The notes under the pieces: generated by a model
What the model was told of the DNA's origin: nothing
Database searches by the model: none
The model's input: the letters and a program-made list of their open reading frames with translations, nothing else
Source of the DNA: the human T2T-CHM13v2.0 reference genome, Homo sapiens
Strand: one strand, 5' to 3'
Assembly (NCBI RefSeq): GCF_009914755.1
Contig: NC_060936.1
DNA: 64,000 nt
Shown here: piece by piece, positions 35,307 to 49,715 of the stretch
Numbering within the stretch: position 1 is the stretch's first letter
Layout of the letters: every line of letters starts with the position of its first letter
Position numbers and translations under genes: made by a program

Positions 35307-36024
35307 GTACATAATTGTACATGTGTGTATGTGGTACATCCCCCACCTCATAGAAAATACCTGTAGTAACTCCATGGGAAAACTAACCTTAAAATATGAT
35401 TAGGATTTAGATAAGCTGATGAGCAAAACAAGGTGTGAGGAAAATGGAGGTAGAAATGAGAAAAAAGTCATGTAGTTTAGCAGGAAGTTACGGTTGGGTC
35501 CATGTTTTTAAAAGCCTTTAAGTTTAGACAGAAAAGCTTAGCTTTTCAGGATGAAAGTAACATTGAAGGACTTGGTCTGAAAGTAGTAATGCAAGATGGG
35601 TTACAGAAGGGAAAGACTGGAATTAACGAGATCAATGTTGTCACAGTAGCCTTATATCTTTGCACAGTGCCTGCAGCGCATACGGAATCAGCAAATGTTT
35701 ATTAAATGCAGGCACAAATGAATTAACAACTATATCAAATCTGTTACTAATTGTGTTATCTAAATTGTATTATTAAATGTATTATCTATTACATCTATTA
35801 CATAAAGGTGACTGCTGTAATAACACCTAAGCGAATGTGACTCATCTATTGTCCATAACCACCATTTCTAAGTCTAGAAATAGACTTTTTTTTCTAAGTC
35901 TAGAAATAGATGAGTCACAGATGACACCCAAGTTTGAAGTATGTGAAAGCACATAGCTTGAAAGTGTGTGTGCGTGCATGTGCACGTGTGTGCATAAAAC
36001 AATGCCTATAAATGAGCAGAAAGC

Positions 36025-36280
36025 ATAGGGTTCAACGTGCAATCTCTAAAGTCAGGCTTCCTGGATCATATCACAGCCTTAATACTCACTGATTAGCTAA
36101 CCTCAGGCAAAATTATTGAGCCATTATGAACCTCAGTTTTCTCATATTTAAAATAGTTATAAAGCATCTTCCTTATATTTAGGATGACATTAAAACAGTA
36201 CTTATTGTGTAAGTTTAATTGGGAAAATAAATAAACTGTTTTAAAAATAGTGAGTATCAATAAATGTTAGTTATTATTCT
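36025..36280 (+). mobile_element. MIR SINE
   Basis: ctaaagtcaggcttcctgg...aacctcaggcaaa...cctcagttttctcatatttaaaat...caataaatgttagttattatt. Confidence 0.75.
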
Positions 36281-37430
36281 TGAGTTTTGAACTTTACTTT
36301 TTCACTAAGTTACCTTCCTGCTGAGATTGTTCTTTCCACCAGATGTGGTTCAGAAGTAGTTGACCAAGTCTTAGGGCATTTGTCATAATAAAAATATGTC
36401 ATACATAGCTCTTTACTGAAAGAACAGAACAGGCACTGATTATTAACTAATCCATGATTCCAAAAGAATCATGATTTAGAGCATTTTTAATTTAAAAAAA
36501 AGCATTACCCCTACATTTTGACTAATGATACTACTGGGTTTTCTTCCAGACTTTATGTCTTAGTTTTTTTACTATAAGGGAAAACCAATTTTTACTTATG
36601 GTTGAGGGTAGAAAAGCTTATTCTAAAGTTTCCTTGTGAACCTACTTCACCCTGTTGTCTTCAATATGAAGAATCAAGTCCTTCTCAGCTTTAACAGCCA
36701 CCCCTAACATCGAAAGGGAAATCTCAATACCTCCATGCACAGTGATGTGTTTGAGACCATCAATGTGCCAACATTTCCAGGTGGTGATTTCTAATTTCTA
36801 ATTAGGCAACTTCCTAACCCCATAATGTTTTCTGAAGACATAGCTGACCACCCCTCCACATCTGCCAGGGAATCATAGGAGTTGTTAAAGTCCTTTTGGG
36901 AACCACATTTCCTTCTCTCATGATCTTTGCCATCTGAATGAAGTCTTCCCTTGTGTAAAAATAAATACAAGTTTCCTGTTACTATTCCTGTATAATTTAC
37001 AGTTTTCCCAAATACTGATAAATGCATACCATAACATTTTTCTTCAAAATAAACCATGCCCAACATTTTAAGAAATTCTGCCTCTATGGTTTTTGATATA
37101 TCAAACTTAAACCCAGCTTCCTAAAATGAGTTATACTCTTTCTCTAATGGGGGAAAATTGTTTTTAAGAAGGCTTAGCCATTACTTTGTTTTTTTTTTTT
37201 AAGGAATATCTGTAACTTTAGATCATGACTCTTGTGTTTTTAAGTATAGATATTTCCACTTATTAAGTACACTTAAAGAGATTAAATGTAGCCTTAAATA
37301 AAGAAGACAATATGAGGAAAAGCAGTGCTGGCAATTGAGGGCAGATCAGACTTATTGTTTTACACAATGATTTCTATTACTTAAAGGTGACTGCTGTAAT
37401 AACATCCAAGTATTAATAAAGTTTAAATAA

Positions 37431-37898
37431 TGTGGCAGAAATAGCTATCTATCTCGCAAAGATTTATAGTCTTTTCCATGTTTGAGAGTTGTTGCTAGAA
37501 AGCAGCTGCCCAGATAGAGACTACATTTCCCAGCTTCCCTTGTGTCTTGGTGGGGTCATGTGATTAATTTCAGGCCAGTAGAATAAAGGTAAAAGTGAAG
37601 TGTTGCACTTCCAGGCTTGGGTCATAAGAATCTGCTGTACAATCCTCAGTGATCTCTTTCTTCCTCCCATTTTGGCAGTTGGAAGTACTTGCCCAAGGTG
37701 ACCTTATAAATCATGTGTGGAAGAAAAAAGAGTTCAGTCAATTTGTGTTTTTGAAGATCAGGTAGAACTGAGACCAACCTACCACCATTCCTGCCACTGC
37801 CAAGTGGGTGGGAATAAACTGTTTACATTGGGTTAATCTATCGAGAATTGATGATTTTTTTTTTCTTTACAGAAGCTAGAGTAATCTTAATTAATACA
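37431..37898 (+). mobile_element. MaLR solo LTR, MLT1J-like
   Basis: tgtggcaga start; gactacatttcccagcttcccttg; gtcatgtgattaatttcaggcca; ends taattaataca. Confidence 0.8.
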
Positions 37899-38059
37899 TG
37901 TAGACAAATCACTACACAGTAAAGAAAAACTATATTAATGTTATATAACTTATATCTAAATAAAAATAAGCGTTCCTTAAAAAGGGAAGTTTTTAAACGG
38001 CAATGTCCACAGAGTAACACACAAATATTAGTTATTAGTAGTAATAATGCATATGAGCA

Positions 38060-38230
38060 TTATTTTTATAATTTGGCTAACATTTATTGAGTGCTTACAA
38101 TGTTCAATTCTTCATGTATTATCACATTTAATTCAGAAAAGCCCTACAGTTGAAGAATATAAAGCACAGAGATATTAAGTTGCCCAAGATTATATAGTAT
38201 TAGTTGGCAGAGAAGGGATTTAAAATACTC
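38060..38230 (-). mobile_element. MIR SINE fragment
   Basis: gctaacatttattgagtgcttac...ttgcccaagat...tggcagagaagggattt. Confidence 0.75.
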
Positions 38231-38869
38231 CATATATTGGAAGATTATTGTGTGATTAGTGAATTAAAGAAACTATTAAGAAACCAGCAAGAGAACGGCA
38301 AACTTGTAAGTTCACGGTTCATTAAATTAGGAAGTTTTTATTTGCAAGGCATGATGACATTCAAAGACTGTGGGAAATAGAAATACGTAAAGGACATGAA
38401 CTATGACACAAGCATATTAAAATCTAGTTGGGAACATGAGCCATATACAAAAATAACCACTATATATCTGTATATAGTAAGTATCCTATAATATTGCAGA
38501 GTATTGTGAGACTTTAGGTGAAAAGGGTCACTTTTAGCAGGGAGTCAGAGCATACTCTTTGTAGAAAATTACAATTAATATTGGCCCTGCCTGAATGGGT
38601 AGAATTCAATAGGCAGAAGCAATTAAAAGCCCTTTCAAGTGGACACATAAATATCTATAATCAAGAACAGGAAACGGATTAACAAAGAGGTAGAAAGACA
38701 ATTTGGGATCAGTTGATTGTGGATCTTGAATATCAAGCTAAGGTTTTGACTTTATGAAGCAGATAACAGAAGTCATTAGCAGAGTTATACACTAGGTAGA
38801 TAAATCTAATGATCAAGTATAGATTGAACTAGTTTATAATGAGACTGAAAAGCCCTATCCTCTTTCCCC

Positions 38870-39398
38870 TATGTGGTATATTGTAAGAGATGTATTGTGG
38901 CTATGTGATTAATGATAGTGAGAAGGCCTACTCAAAAATCTCATGGGGCCAAAACTATGTGACACTTAGCAGCATGATGCAACCTGGCCTGGGAGTTTCC
39001 AGGAGACAAGACCACCTCAGCACAGATGCAATTCCTAGAAACCTTAAAACAAAGCTTACTCTTACAAGAATAACTTAAACTCCCTCTGAAGGAAACTCCT
39101 AGTAACTGACCTGGACTGAAGACATAATAAGAAAGGGGGAAAGATCCCTTAAACTCTGGGAATGGTGTCTCCAAGTCAAGACCCTCCCAGTCAGATGGCC
39201 ATCTGATGTCCTGATTGTATCTGGCCCATGCCATTGCTCTGCTCCCAACATCTGCCTTGTAAAAGTACTGCCAGAATAAACTGCTTCAGGGTCAGATGGT
39301 GTCTGAGATTCATCATTGACGTGAATAGGACTAAACAGGAGAACTCACTCCTGAGGAAGCTAGTGACCTAGGACAACCTAAGACCCCCAAACATGACA
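38870..39398 (+). mobile_element. ERVL-class solo LTR (subfamily uncertain)
   Basis: T(A)...CA termini, internal AATAAA (~39275), 5-bp TSD TCCCC at 38865-38869 and 39399-39403. Confidence 0.7.
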
Positions 39399-39438
39399 TC
39401 CCCCGAACATGAACAATAAAATTATATATGTTCCCATC

Positions 39439-40480
<1,042 letters not shown>

Positions 40481-40554
40481 ACATTCCTCCTCCAAGCTAA
40501 AACTATATATTCTTCATGTTTATTTCCATCAACACCAATTTTACTGGCTGAAAC

Positions 40555-40795
40555 TACTAGTGTAATATAGAAATTAAGAATATGGACTCTACAGTCATAC
40601 TTCCTGAGTTAAATTCTGGTTTTACTTACTAGCTGTGACTCTGAGAAAATTATTTTACTTTTTGGTGTCTCAGTCTTTTCATCTACAAAATGCAGGTAAG
40701 AAATGTACCTATCTCATACTGTTGTGAAGCTTAGACAAATTAAATCACATAAAGTATATAATACACTCTCAATAGGAGTTACTTTTATTATTATT
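40555..40795 (+). mobile_element. MIR SINE
   Basis: ttaagaatatggactct...ttactagctgtgactctgag...ctcagtcttttcatctacaaaatg. Confidence 0.8.
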
Positions 40796-41436
40796 GAGAC
40801 ATTCATTTGCAATACACCAACAAATCCAGGCCTTGTGCTAAATATCGGAGCACATCAATATAGTAACAGTTAAGCAATCTGTCCTACAGAAGTTTACATT
40901 CGAGAAAAGGCACACACTGTATGCAAACAATAAGCAGAATCATTGCAGTTGTGACTATTTCAATAAGGGAAATAAATGCAGTAATAATATCTCTTTTGCA
41001 GTAGAGAGCCAAAGAGCTTCACCAAGAGAAATGGGGAAAGAGGCAGCCAGCTGAGAAATTTGAAGAAGAGCATTTGTGCCAGAGGGAGTAAAAAGTGCTA
41101 GGCCTCATGGTGAGGGAAGGTATTGGTATATTTAATCAACATAAAGAAAACTAACTAGAGAGCTATAGTGAGCAAGCTAGGGAATGGGGCAAGACGAAGT
41201 TGTGGAGGTAACAGGAGCCCCATGATTCAGGGCCTTGTGAACCAACTTAAGGAGTTGAGATTTATTCTAAGTTAAATGGGCAGACATTGAAGGATCTTAA
41301 CCAGGGAACGGTGTGGTTAAACTCTCTCTGAATCTGGTCAAGATCTGATTCAGGTTTTTAAAAGGCTGTATGGGCTGCTTGAGGAAGAACAGTTTAGAAA
41401 AGGGCAAGAGTAGGAGCAAGAAACACATTTAGAAGG

Positions 41437-41939
41437 TGGGGTACACAGAATAGTACCCCTTGCCTATAAAGATTTCCTCACTGTGATTCCAAGGACCTGT
41501 GAGTATGTTACCTCACATGCCAAAAGGGACTTTGAAGATATTTTTCAGCAAAGGATCTTGAGATGGAAGATTATTCTGGATTATCTCAGTGGGTCCAATG
41601 TAATCACAAGGACTCTTATAAGAGCAAAATAGGAGGGTCAGAGTCCGAAAAGGCAATATGACAGTGGAAGCAGAGAAAGAGATTGAAAGATGCTATGCTG
41701 CTGGCTTTGAAGATGAAGGGTGAAGCCACAAGCCAAGTAATGTCAGTGGCTTCTAAAAGCTAAAAAGGACAAATAGATTTTTCCCTAGAGCCTCCAGAAG
41801 GAACAAAGCCCTGCTAACATCTTGATTGCAGCCCAATTCATTTTGAATCTCTGACCTTCAGAAATGTAAGATAATTAACTTGTGTTGTTCTAAGTCACCT
41901 AGTGTGTGGTAATTTGTTACAGCAGCAATAGAAAATACA
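41437..41939 (+). mobile_element. MLT1D solo LTR
   Basis: gatcttgagatgg..gattattctggattatc; tgctggctttgaagatg; ccctagagcctccagaaggaac; TSD gaagg/gaaga. Confidence 0.9.
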
Positions 41940-42252
41940 GAAGAGTTTTGCATTAAGTAATTCAGGTGAAATATGTTACTATTTCATGGAGTAGAGTAGT
42001 CATGGCAGAAATAGTAGAGAGGAGGACATATATCTACTATATATTTTCTAGGAAGATAGGCATTGGATTGGATCTATAAATTTTAACTTGAACAGGTAGG
42101 TAGATAATGAAAACATTTATTAAACTGGGTAGATTGTAGAGTAAACCAGTTTGGCATGGGAGGAAAAAAGAAAATCAAGAATTATGTTTTGAAAGTGTTA
42201 AGTTTCAGATGCCTATTAGACATTCAAAAGGAAATAAAAAGTAGGCAATTGA

Positions 42253-42562
<310 letters not shown>

Positions 42563-42885
42563 TTATTGGGGGCTCAATATAAAGGTAAGAGTTGGAGACA
42601 TGAATTTGAGAGACAGAATTTGAGAATCGCAGTATTTAGATGGCATTTACAGCTAGAGGCTAGATAAAATTTTTTCTCTATGCACTAAATGTTTATTGTG
42701 CATCTGCTTTTCTAAAAGCTGGGCATACAACAGTGAACAAGACAAAATTGTCGCTGTTCTCATGGAGCTTCTATTCTAGTGGAAGGAGATAGATAATAAA
42801 CCAAGGGGATAAATTATAATATAGGAAGGGAGAAGCACTATAGGGAAAATAAAAAAAAGATGGTGTGGGTCTCAGAGCTATTTTA

Positions 42886-43525
42886 TTAATTTTATTTTTA
42901 AACTTTTAGGCTTGAGGGTGCATGTGAACATCTGATACATAGGTAAACTCATGTCATGGGGGTTTGTTGTACAGATTATTTCATACTCAGGTATTAAACC
43001 TAGTTCCCAATAGTTGTCTTTTCCTGCTCCTCTCCCTCCTCTCACCCTCCACCATCAAGTAGACCCCAGTGTCTGTTGCTCCCTTCTTTGTATTCATGAG
43101 TTCTCATCATTAGCTCCCACTTGTAAGTGGAAACATGCAATATTTGGTTTTCTGTTCCTGTGCTAGTTTGCTAAGGATAATAGACTCCAGCTCCATCCAT
43201 GTTCCTGCAAAAGACATGATCTTTTTCTTTTTATGGCTGCATAGTATTCCATGGTGTATATGTACCACATTTTCTTTATCCAGCTGTCATTGATGGGCAT
43301 TTAGGTTGATTCCATGTCTTTGCTGTTTTGAATAGTGCTGCAATGAACATTTGCATGCATGTGTCTTTATTGTAGAATAATTTATATTCCCCTGAGTATA
43401 TACCCAGTAATGGAATTGCTGGGTCAAATGGTAGTTCTGCTTTCAGCTCTTTGAGGCATCACCATACTGCTTTCAACAATGGTTGAACTAATTTACACTC
43501 CCACCAACAGTATTTAAGCGTTCCT
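42886..43525 (-). mobile_element. L1PA13-16-like 3' end, antisense
   Basis: ataggtaaactcatgtcatgggggtttgttgtacagattatttca; TSD agagctatttta (42874) / agggctatttta (43526). Confidence 0.9.
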
Positions 43526-44039
43526 AGGGCTATTTTAAGTAGAGCATTGGGATAAGTTATTTTTCAGAAATTGACAAGATGTATTAGAGTTTAGGGTAAA
43601 GAAGCATCCTTAGACTGGGAGTCAGAGAAGTCTTTATTGAGGAGGTATTTAAGCTGAGACTTGAATGACAAGGAGGCAGCCATACTTATTGCTGGATTTA
43701 TTGTCCTTCTCACATCTGACTGAACACTTGGAGGACAAAGATATTGTCTAACTTTTTTTGTATGCATAGGGTCTGGCACTAAGACAGCCAGATTATTATA
43801 TATATTGTAATAGTATGCCTTTGAGAAATTGTAAGTAAATAATAAGTATTTACTGTCTACCAGGTTGGAAGCCCAAAAGAAATAAAAGAATTTTGTTGCT
43901 ACTTCCATAGCTCGCAGTCTATTTGAAGAGACTACACATAAGCACAGTAATTGAGATGGCAATATATGAAGCAGCATGACATGTACTGCTATCTTATATG
44001 CTACATGAGGACATCCTGATATAGTGACTGGAAAGTGGG

Positions 44040-44240
44040 CTTATATTAAGAAGACAAGATTGTTAAACCTACCCTTGTGTGTAATCAGATGGGGAATCTT
44101 CACAAGTAACTTAACTTCTATGTATTTATTTCCTAATCTGTAAATAAAAATAAACATATTTTCCTAACCTACCTTCATGTGACAAGGCCTAGTCTGTCAC
44201 AAAGCAAAAAGAATAATAATCATAGTTATTATTATTATAG
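44040..44240 (+). mobile_element. MIR SINE fragment
   Basis: caagtaacttaacttctatgtatttatttcctaatctgtaaa. Confidence 0.5.
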
Positions 44241-45318
44241 TGAAACTAATACATATTAAAATAATACATCCTAATTATTATTAGGATAATATTTAAGTGT
44301 CAAAATATGCCATAGAGATATAGACTATATGATAAGGAACTTATATGGCTTTGACTTACTGGAAATCTTACACATACATGATCAATTCCTAGACAAGAAT
44401 TTTTTCTCCCAAGAGAGAGCTTTTTATTTTTTCAACTCCAAAGGTTATCTTAAAGTTAGTGTTTTAAAGAGGTTCTTTTTGTGTTAAGTGGCAGCTAGGT
44501 ACGCCCTGGGTCTTAAAGACAGATGCCATATCTCTTCCCAATTCTGATGCAGATTAGTGCTGCACAGAGCAGCCATAAAAAGGCCACAATGAGTGAATTT
44601 TAGCAAAAAGCAATAACAGTGATATGTAAAAATGGCCAAAATAAACATAAATCAGCTACCTCAAAATGACATATTGACACAATTCAGTGGTCTCCTCAAC
44701 CAACCTCTACCTACCTTCAGGCATTTTTTTTCCCCAAGTGCTCCAAACCTCATTCTCAGAAACTTTAAATCACAGGGATGGCTCTAGGGAGCCTCTGCTA
44801 TTCAGTTACCTTCACTCCTTGCTTCCATCATCCTTCAGCAACACCCAAGGCTGCCAACTAGCCAAAGCAGACTCTCCCCAGTGTCCAACATCAGCTGTAT
44901 CATTCCTCCTCATAATTCAGAGCAGGATGCCTGCCATCCTCACCAGGAGAACAGAATCCACATCTCCCTCTATTGGGACTTTCAGCTGATCGACTTGGAT
45001 CATTTTTCTAAAGCCTCGACTTTCTCTTTACCCTCCTTACTCTTCATTAAATCTTCAACTCATTCTGTCTGTTCTATATTGTCACGTCTGTCTTTTTCTT
45101 TATCAAATAGAATCTGTCAAACCCCATTCTATAAAAATTGTTCACTTCAGTGCTTATTTTTTTTAACCTACACTGAATAGGTAAATGTGCCACAATAATT
45201 ATTTGCTTGGGATAAGTAACATAACTTCTCAGGTCCTCAATCTTCTCATCAGTAAAATTGGGATGAAATGGACTACAATTAGTGGATTTTAAACTTTTGT
45301 TAAATACTGAGATTCCCT

Positions 45319-45356
45319 ACAGCCTAGGTGACAGATCGAGACCCTGTCTCAAAAAA

Positions 45357-45394
<38 letters not shown>
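45319..45394 (+). mobile_element. Alu 3'-terminal fragment with tail-derived (AC)n microsatellite
   Basis: cagcctaggtgacagatcgagaccctgtctcaaaaaaa followed by (ac)~18. Confidence 0.85.
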
Positions 45395-45397
<3 letters not shown>

Positions 45398-47384
45398 GAT
45401 CCTTCAAGTGCTATTGTATACCCATGTATAGAGCAAAGCCCTCCAATGGAGCACCACTCTGAGGCAGGTGGTAATGGAACTCTGGAGCTCTCCCACGTGA
45501 TGCAGCATCACTCTTCCTTACTGGGGTCCCTGAGATAGTTCCAACTCACAAAACCCAAAGGAACACATGATAGTCTTAATAAGCTGCATTCTAACTTTAA
45601 TATCCAAAGACTCTATTCAAAATGCTTGTATAGTGAGAGACTGAGTAGCAAGGAAGCTATAATTTTGTTGTATGTCAACTTTTATTTTATTGAAATGCCC
45701 ATAAGCAGTTTAATTCATTTAATTCCCTACAATAATGCTATTATGCTTATGGCTACCAATGAAAAGACTGAGACTCAGAGAGTAAAACTTAAATTTCCAT
45801 ATTTTATAAAAGGCTGTAAGGCGATTCAAACACTTGCTTCTTCCATTGTTGCACATTACCTCTAGACCCGATCATGACTTCCTAACCTAGTCCCCATCCA
45901 GCCATTATTACTGATTAATTAGATTCCCTTCCATATTTTATTGTGAATATGTTTAGTATATATCACCTACTGTTGATGTTTATATTTACTTGTCTAGTAA
46001 AAATAGAACAATAGGATGGAGTAGGTTTGTGTAGAGCACTAAGAAATAATAATTTGACTTAAAGAGAGAAACAGAGAAGGTAGCATTGATAAATTGATAG
46101 TTAAATGTTTTCAAAATCTGATACTTACTTCTAAATGTACTATAAAAATCGTGACTACCCAGAAACAGCATTACTTCAAAGAATGTATTTTTAATTCCTA
46201 TAATCATATCCAAAGCAGTTCATAGCATGCACTGAATTTCTCACTTTTAAAAAGTCTTTCCAATGATAAAATGTGAAGATAAGCAAATGTAATATCTTAT
46301 AATCAGCTGAATTCCATATCCTTAGAATACCTCTTATGCAAATCTAAATATCTCTGGATAATTACAGAAATAGTATTAATTGTGGAAAACAGGCTAGGAT
46401 GTGAAGTCAAAAACTTGTTAGATACTGCATTATCATTCCCTATTTATCAGCTTATATTTTTCCTCAGATTCTATATTATCTTTGCTCATTTTTCCTCTGG
46501 CAGGTGTTCAAGGGTGAATTATGCAATTAAGAATCCAAAATTCCACTGCATCCAGATGCCTAATTTGCTAACTATTCATTTGCCAAAAATGCATGTTTAC
46601 TATCTATTACATAATGACTACAGAAACAACTTCTGGTTTCCATTTCATGAATTGATACTGAGAATATGACAAATGTCCTGGAAGGCATTTTTCAGTGCCC
46701 ATTCCCATGCAATTTTATTAATTTCATAAATTTACCAACATCTGGGGAGAAAAACTCTCCCCTCAACAGTTTTAAGTTCCAAAGTCATTGTTATTTTTCT
46801 TTTCAAAATCCATGGACAAGTTTGTAGAATAATAATGAAATTTTAGTCTCTAAATTTTGTTAAACGTTTAGCTGATCTTGAAAGGAGCCACTCTACCTTA
46901 TCCAGAAACATTTTTTAATATGTTTCCACAAGTCTTTATAGTCATTGTGAATTCTTAAAGAAAACTGCATTTACATCAGTTTGTCCCACCCCAACAGTTA
47001 CCAATACTCCTCAGTACATCAAAGATTTCATGACATTATAGATCAATGGTGATGTAGTGATGGTGAATCTATGTCATTTACATTAACAAGACAAGTTTAT
47101 AAAATGGTGGTGTGGGGATGGAAGGGAGAGGTAGTTGAAATAACAGGAAAACAATAATTAACATTGTATTGTGTTCCAACCCTAAATCTGTCTCAACATA
47201 TCCAAAATAATGTGGTAAATATAAGTTGATGTTCACTACAATGTCTACATTCATGTCCTCTCTGATTTTTACTTAACTCTAATAAGCAGTAATAGTGTGG
47301 TACGTATGTAACTATCTATCTGCCTCACTCTCTTTTTAGGAATTCCCAATATTCAGAATAATATCTCTCAGAGTAAGGAATATA

Positions 47385-47470
47385 AAAAGAAGAGAAGGAG
47401 GAGAAAGAAAGGAAGGAGAAAGAAAGGAAGGAAAAAAAGGAAGGAAGAGGAAAAAAAGAAATAAAAAAAG
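47385..47470. repeat. GA-rich low-complexity tract
   Basis: gaaggaggagaaagaaaggaaggagaaagaaaggaagg... Confidence 0.9.
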
Positions 47471-47994
47471 ATAATTCGATCTTAATTATACTACCTTTTG
47501 TTTCAGCCCTGCTAAACAAGGCACTCATTGAGTATTTGATGACTGGATAAATAAATGAAAAAACAAAGTGAAAAGAACTCTACTGGAAAAAGGATATGAA
47601 TTTCAGTACAAGCTTTTTTCCCCAGCTAGAATACTGTAAAACTCACCTGACCTCTTAGGATTTCATATGTTAAATGAAGAAGTGTGACTAGATAAACTGC
47701 AATTCTAACACTAATGTTCTATACAATTGTTTTAACAAAGAAATAAGTATATGGAGATTCTTATTCTTTGTTTTGAAAATATTTGATTACATTGGACAGG
47801 TGTATCCATAATCAATGGACAGATGTATTTATTCACCAAACTTTGAGAGGATGTCTGTACCTTCCCTAATTGTTGGTGGGAGTGGAAGCTTTTTTTCTTG
47901 TTTGCACACATTAGGCATTCATTCAATAATTAGCTCCTTTTTACTCTTTTCTAAAAACTACCTACCTATAGTGTTGACACTTCATTTGATAGGG

Positions 47995-47996
<2 letters not shown>

Positions 47997-48037
<41 letters not shown>
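47997..48037. repeat. (CA)n microsatellite
   Basis: ~20 uninterrupted CA units. Confidence 0.97.
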
Positions 48038-48039
<2 letters not shown>

Positions 48040-49444
48040 TATTTGGAGGGTGCTGAAACATCTTATTACCATCTACACTAATTGCTGTACATAACTTACT
48101 TCCTCTAGTTAAAAGGTAAAATACTTCATACTGATGATTAAGTATTTGTAATATAGGTTAATGATTTGAAAATTCTCACATTTTTACCACATGGCATCTA
48201 TTTTTATTGGTTCCTTTTCATAGCTAATCTAGGAAGAGGTTAGAAAACCAAGACACACCTACAATTAAATAAAAGTTCTCTTCCAGAACCTAAGTAGGAG
48301 TTTTCATCTTTAGACAGCCTACTGAGTGTTATCTTTTAATAAACTGGATTGCAAGCAAAAAAGGGAAAAAGAAAATAAGCAGGGAAGGAAGAGAGGGAGG
48401 AAGTGGTAAAGAGACAGACAGACCCTTAGAAACAAGAGCTATTTCAGAGCTGTCCTAGGAAACTGTCTCTGCATCATTTGGACTATGACTCATATTAACA
48501 TGAATTTGCAAGTAAGAACTCTAATAAAAACATATTTATCCTCTATCCAGCACATCTTCAAGAGAACATTAATTGTAACAATGTATAATTGACTTTATGG
48601 AATTTAAGTTTACAGAAAAATGTTTTTAAAAAATTTCTGCTGTGCCTCAAAACTTGTTCCAAAAACTTAAGAAATGAGAATGCTTCAGACAGTTTGCCAA
48701 ATTTTAAATGCATTTTATTCCTGTAGAGTTTTTAGTTTATAAGTCATTTTCCTAGGCATTATCACCTTTGAGTTTTACAATCTACTTCTGGAGTAAACTG
48801 AAATAATTAGCCCCACTTTTTAGATAATTACAGTTTAAGTATTGAATTAATTAATTTAAATATGAGCTAAGACAGAAAACCAATTATAATATAAAGCCAG
48901 AAATGCAAGAAATGTTATGATAGGCATCATGGAAAGTCTATTTTTGAATATATTTTGCAAATGTTATTTTTCTCATTGATTCTGAAGGGTTCATTTACAT
49001 TAAAAGATACAATTAATTTATGTACTAATTCAATCTGTGGCTACTATAGGTTAAAAAATACTCATTTTTCTCTTCACTGAAGATGAAAGAACATGAATTC
49101 AAAATATTGAGAAGTAGTTCTCTCACGTCTAAATCTTGTAACCTGAGCACCGCAGGTTCAAAATAAATCATCTATTTTGACACTCATCAATGCATATGTC
49201 CATTTTCTATGACATTTTAAATAGCATAAAATTTGGAGCAGTATCCAGTAGTAAAGGAAACAAATGATGTTGCTTTCAGTCCTGCTCCTATTCCAATCTA
49301 CTAAAAGTTCAAAATCACCTAAATATTCTGTCAGAATAGAAACGCAACTGTGAAGTATCAAAATGCATAGAAAGTAAAATTGCTACCAAACTAAGAAAAC
49401 AGTAAGTAGAGAAAATGTTCATTCACTGTGCACCTTCCTGGTGT

Positions 49445-49715
49445 TAAATGTCACTTCCTCTGAAGGTGTCCCCATCTCTTCAGACACAGGAATTATTTTT
49501 TTCCCATGGATTTGTTCCAGAGTTAGTTTATATAACCATGCTCCTAAAACATAATATGATGGTTTTTGTTTATGTTTCCTGCTTTCCAGAGACTAGGAAA
49601 TACTTAAAACTAAGCCTTGACTTTTGTATTTTTGGTGCCAGCATACTGTCTAATATACAGTATATGCATAATATCACATGTATCAATATGTAAATAAGTA
49701 AATGAATGAGTGATT
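49445..49715 (+). mobile_element. L2 3' end
   Basis: aaatgtcacttcctctgaagg...tgccagcatactgtctaatatacag...taaatgaatgagtga. Confidence 0.7.

Noticed and set aside
43591-43977. 128-aa ORF (and the 136-aa ORF at 60588-60998)
   Set aside because: They span L2 or MER5/MIR relics, resemble no protein I recognise and lack exon structure.
44268-44287. Palindrome atcctaat-tatt-attaggat
   Set aside because: A short AT-rich inverted repeat is expected by chance at this base composition.
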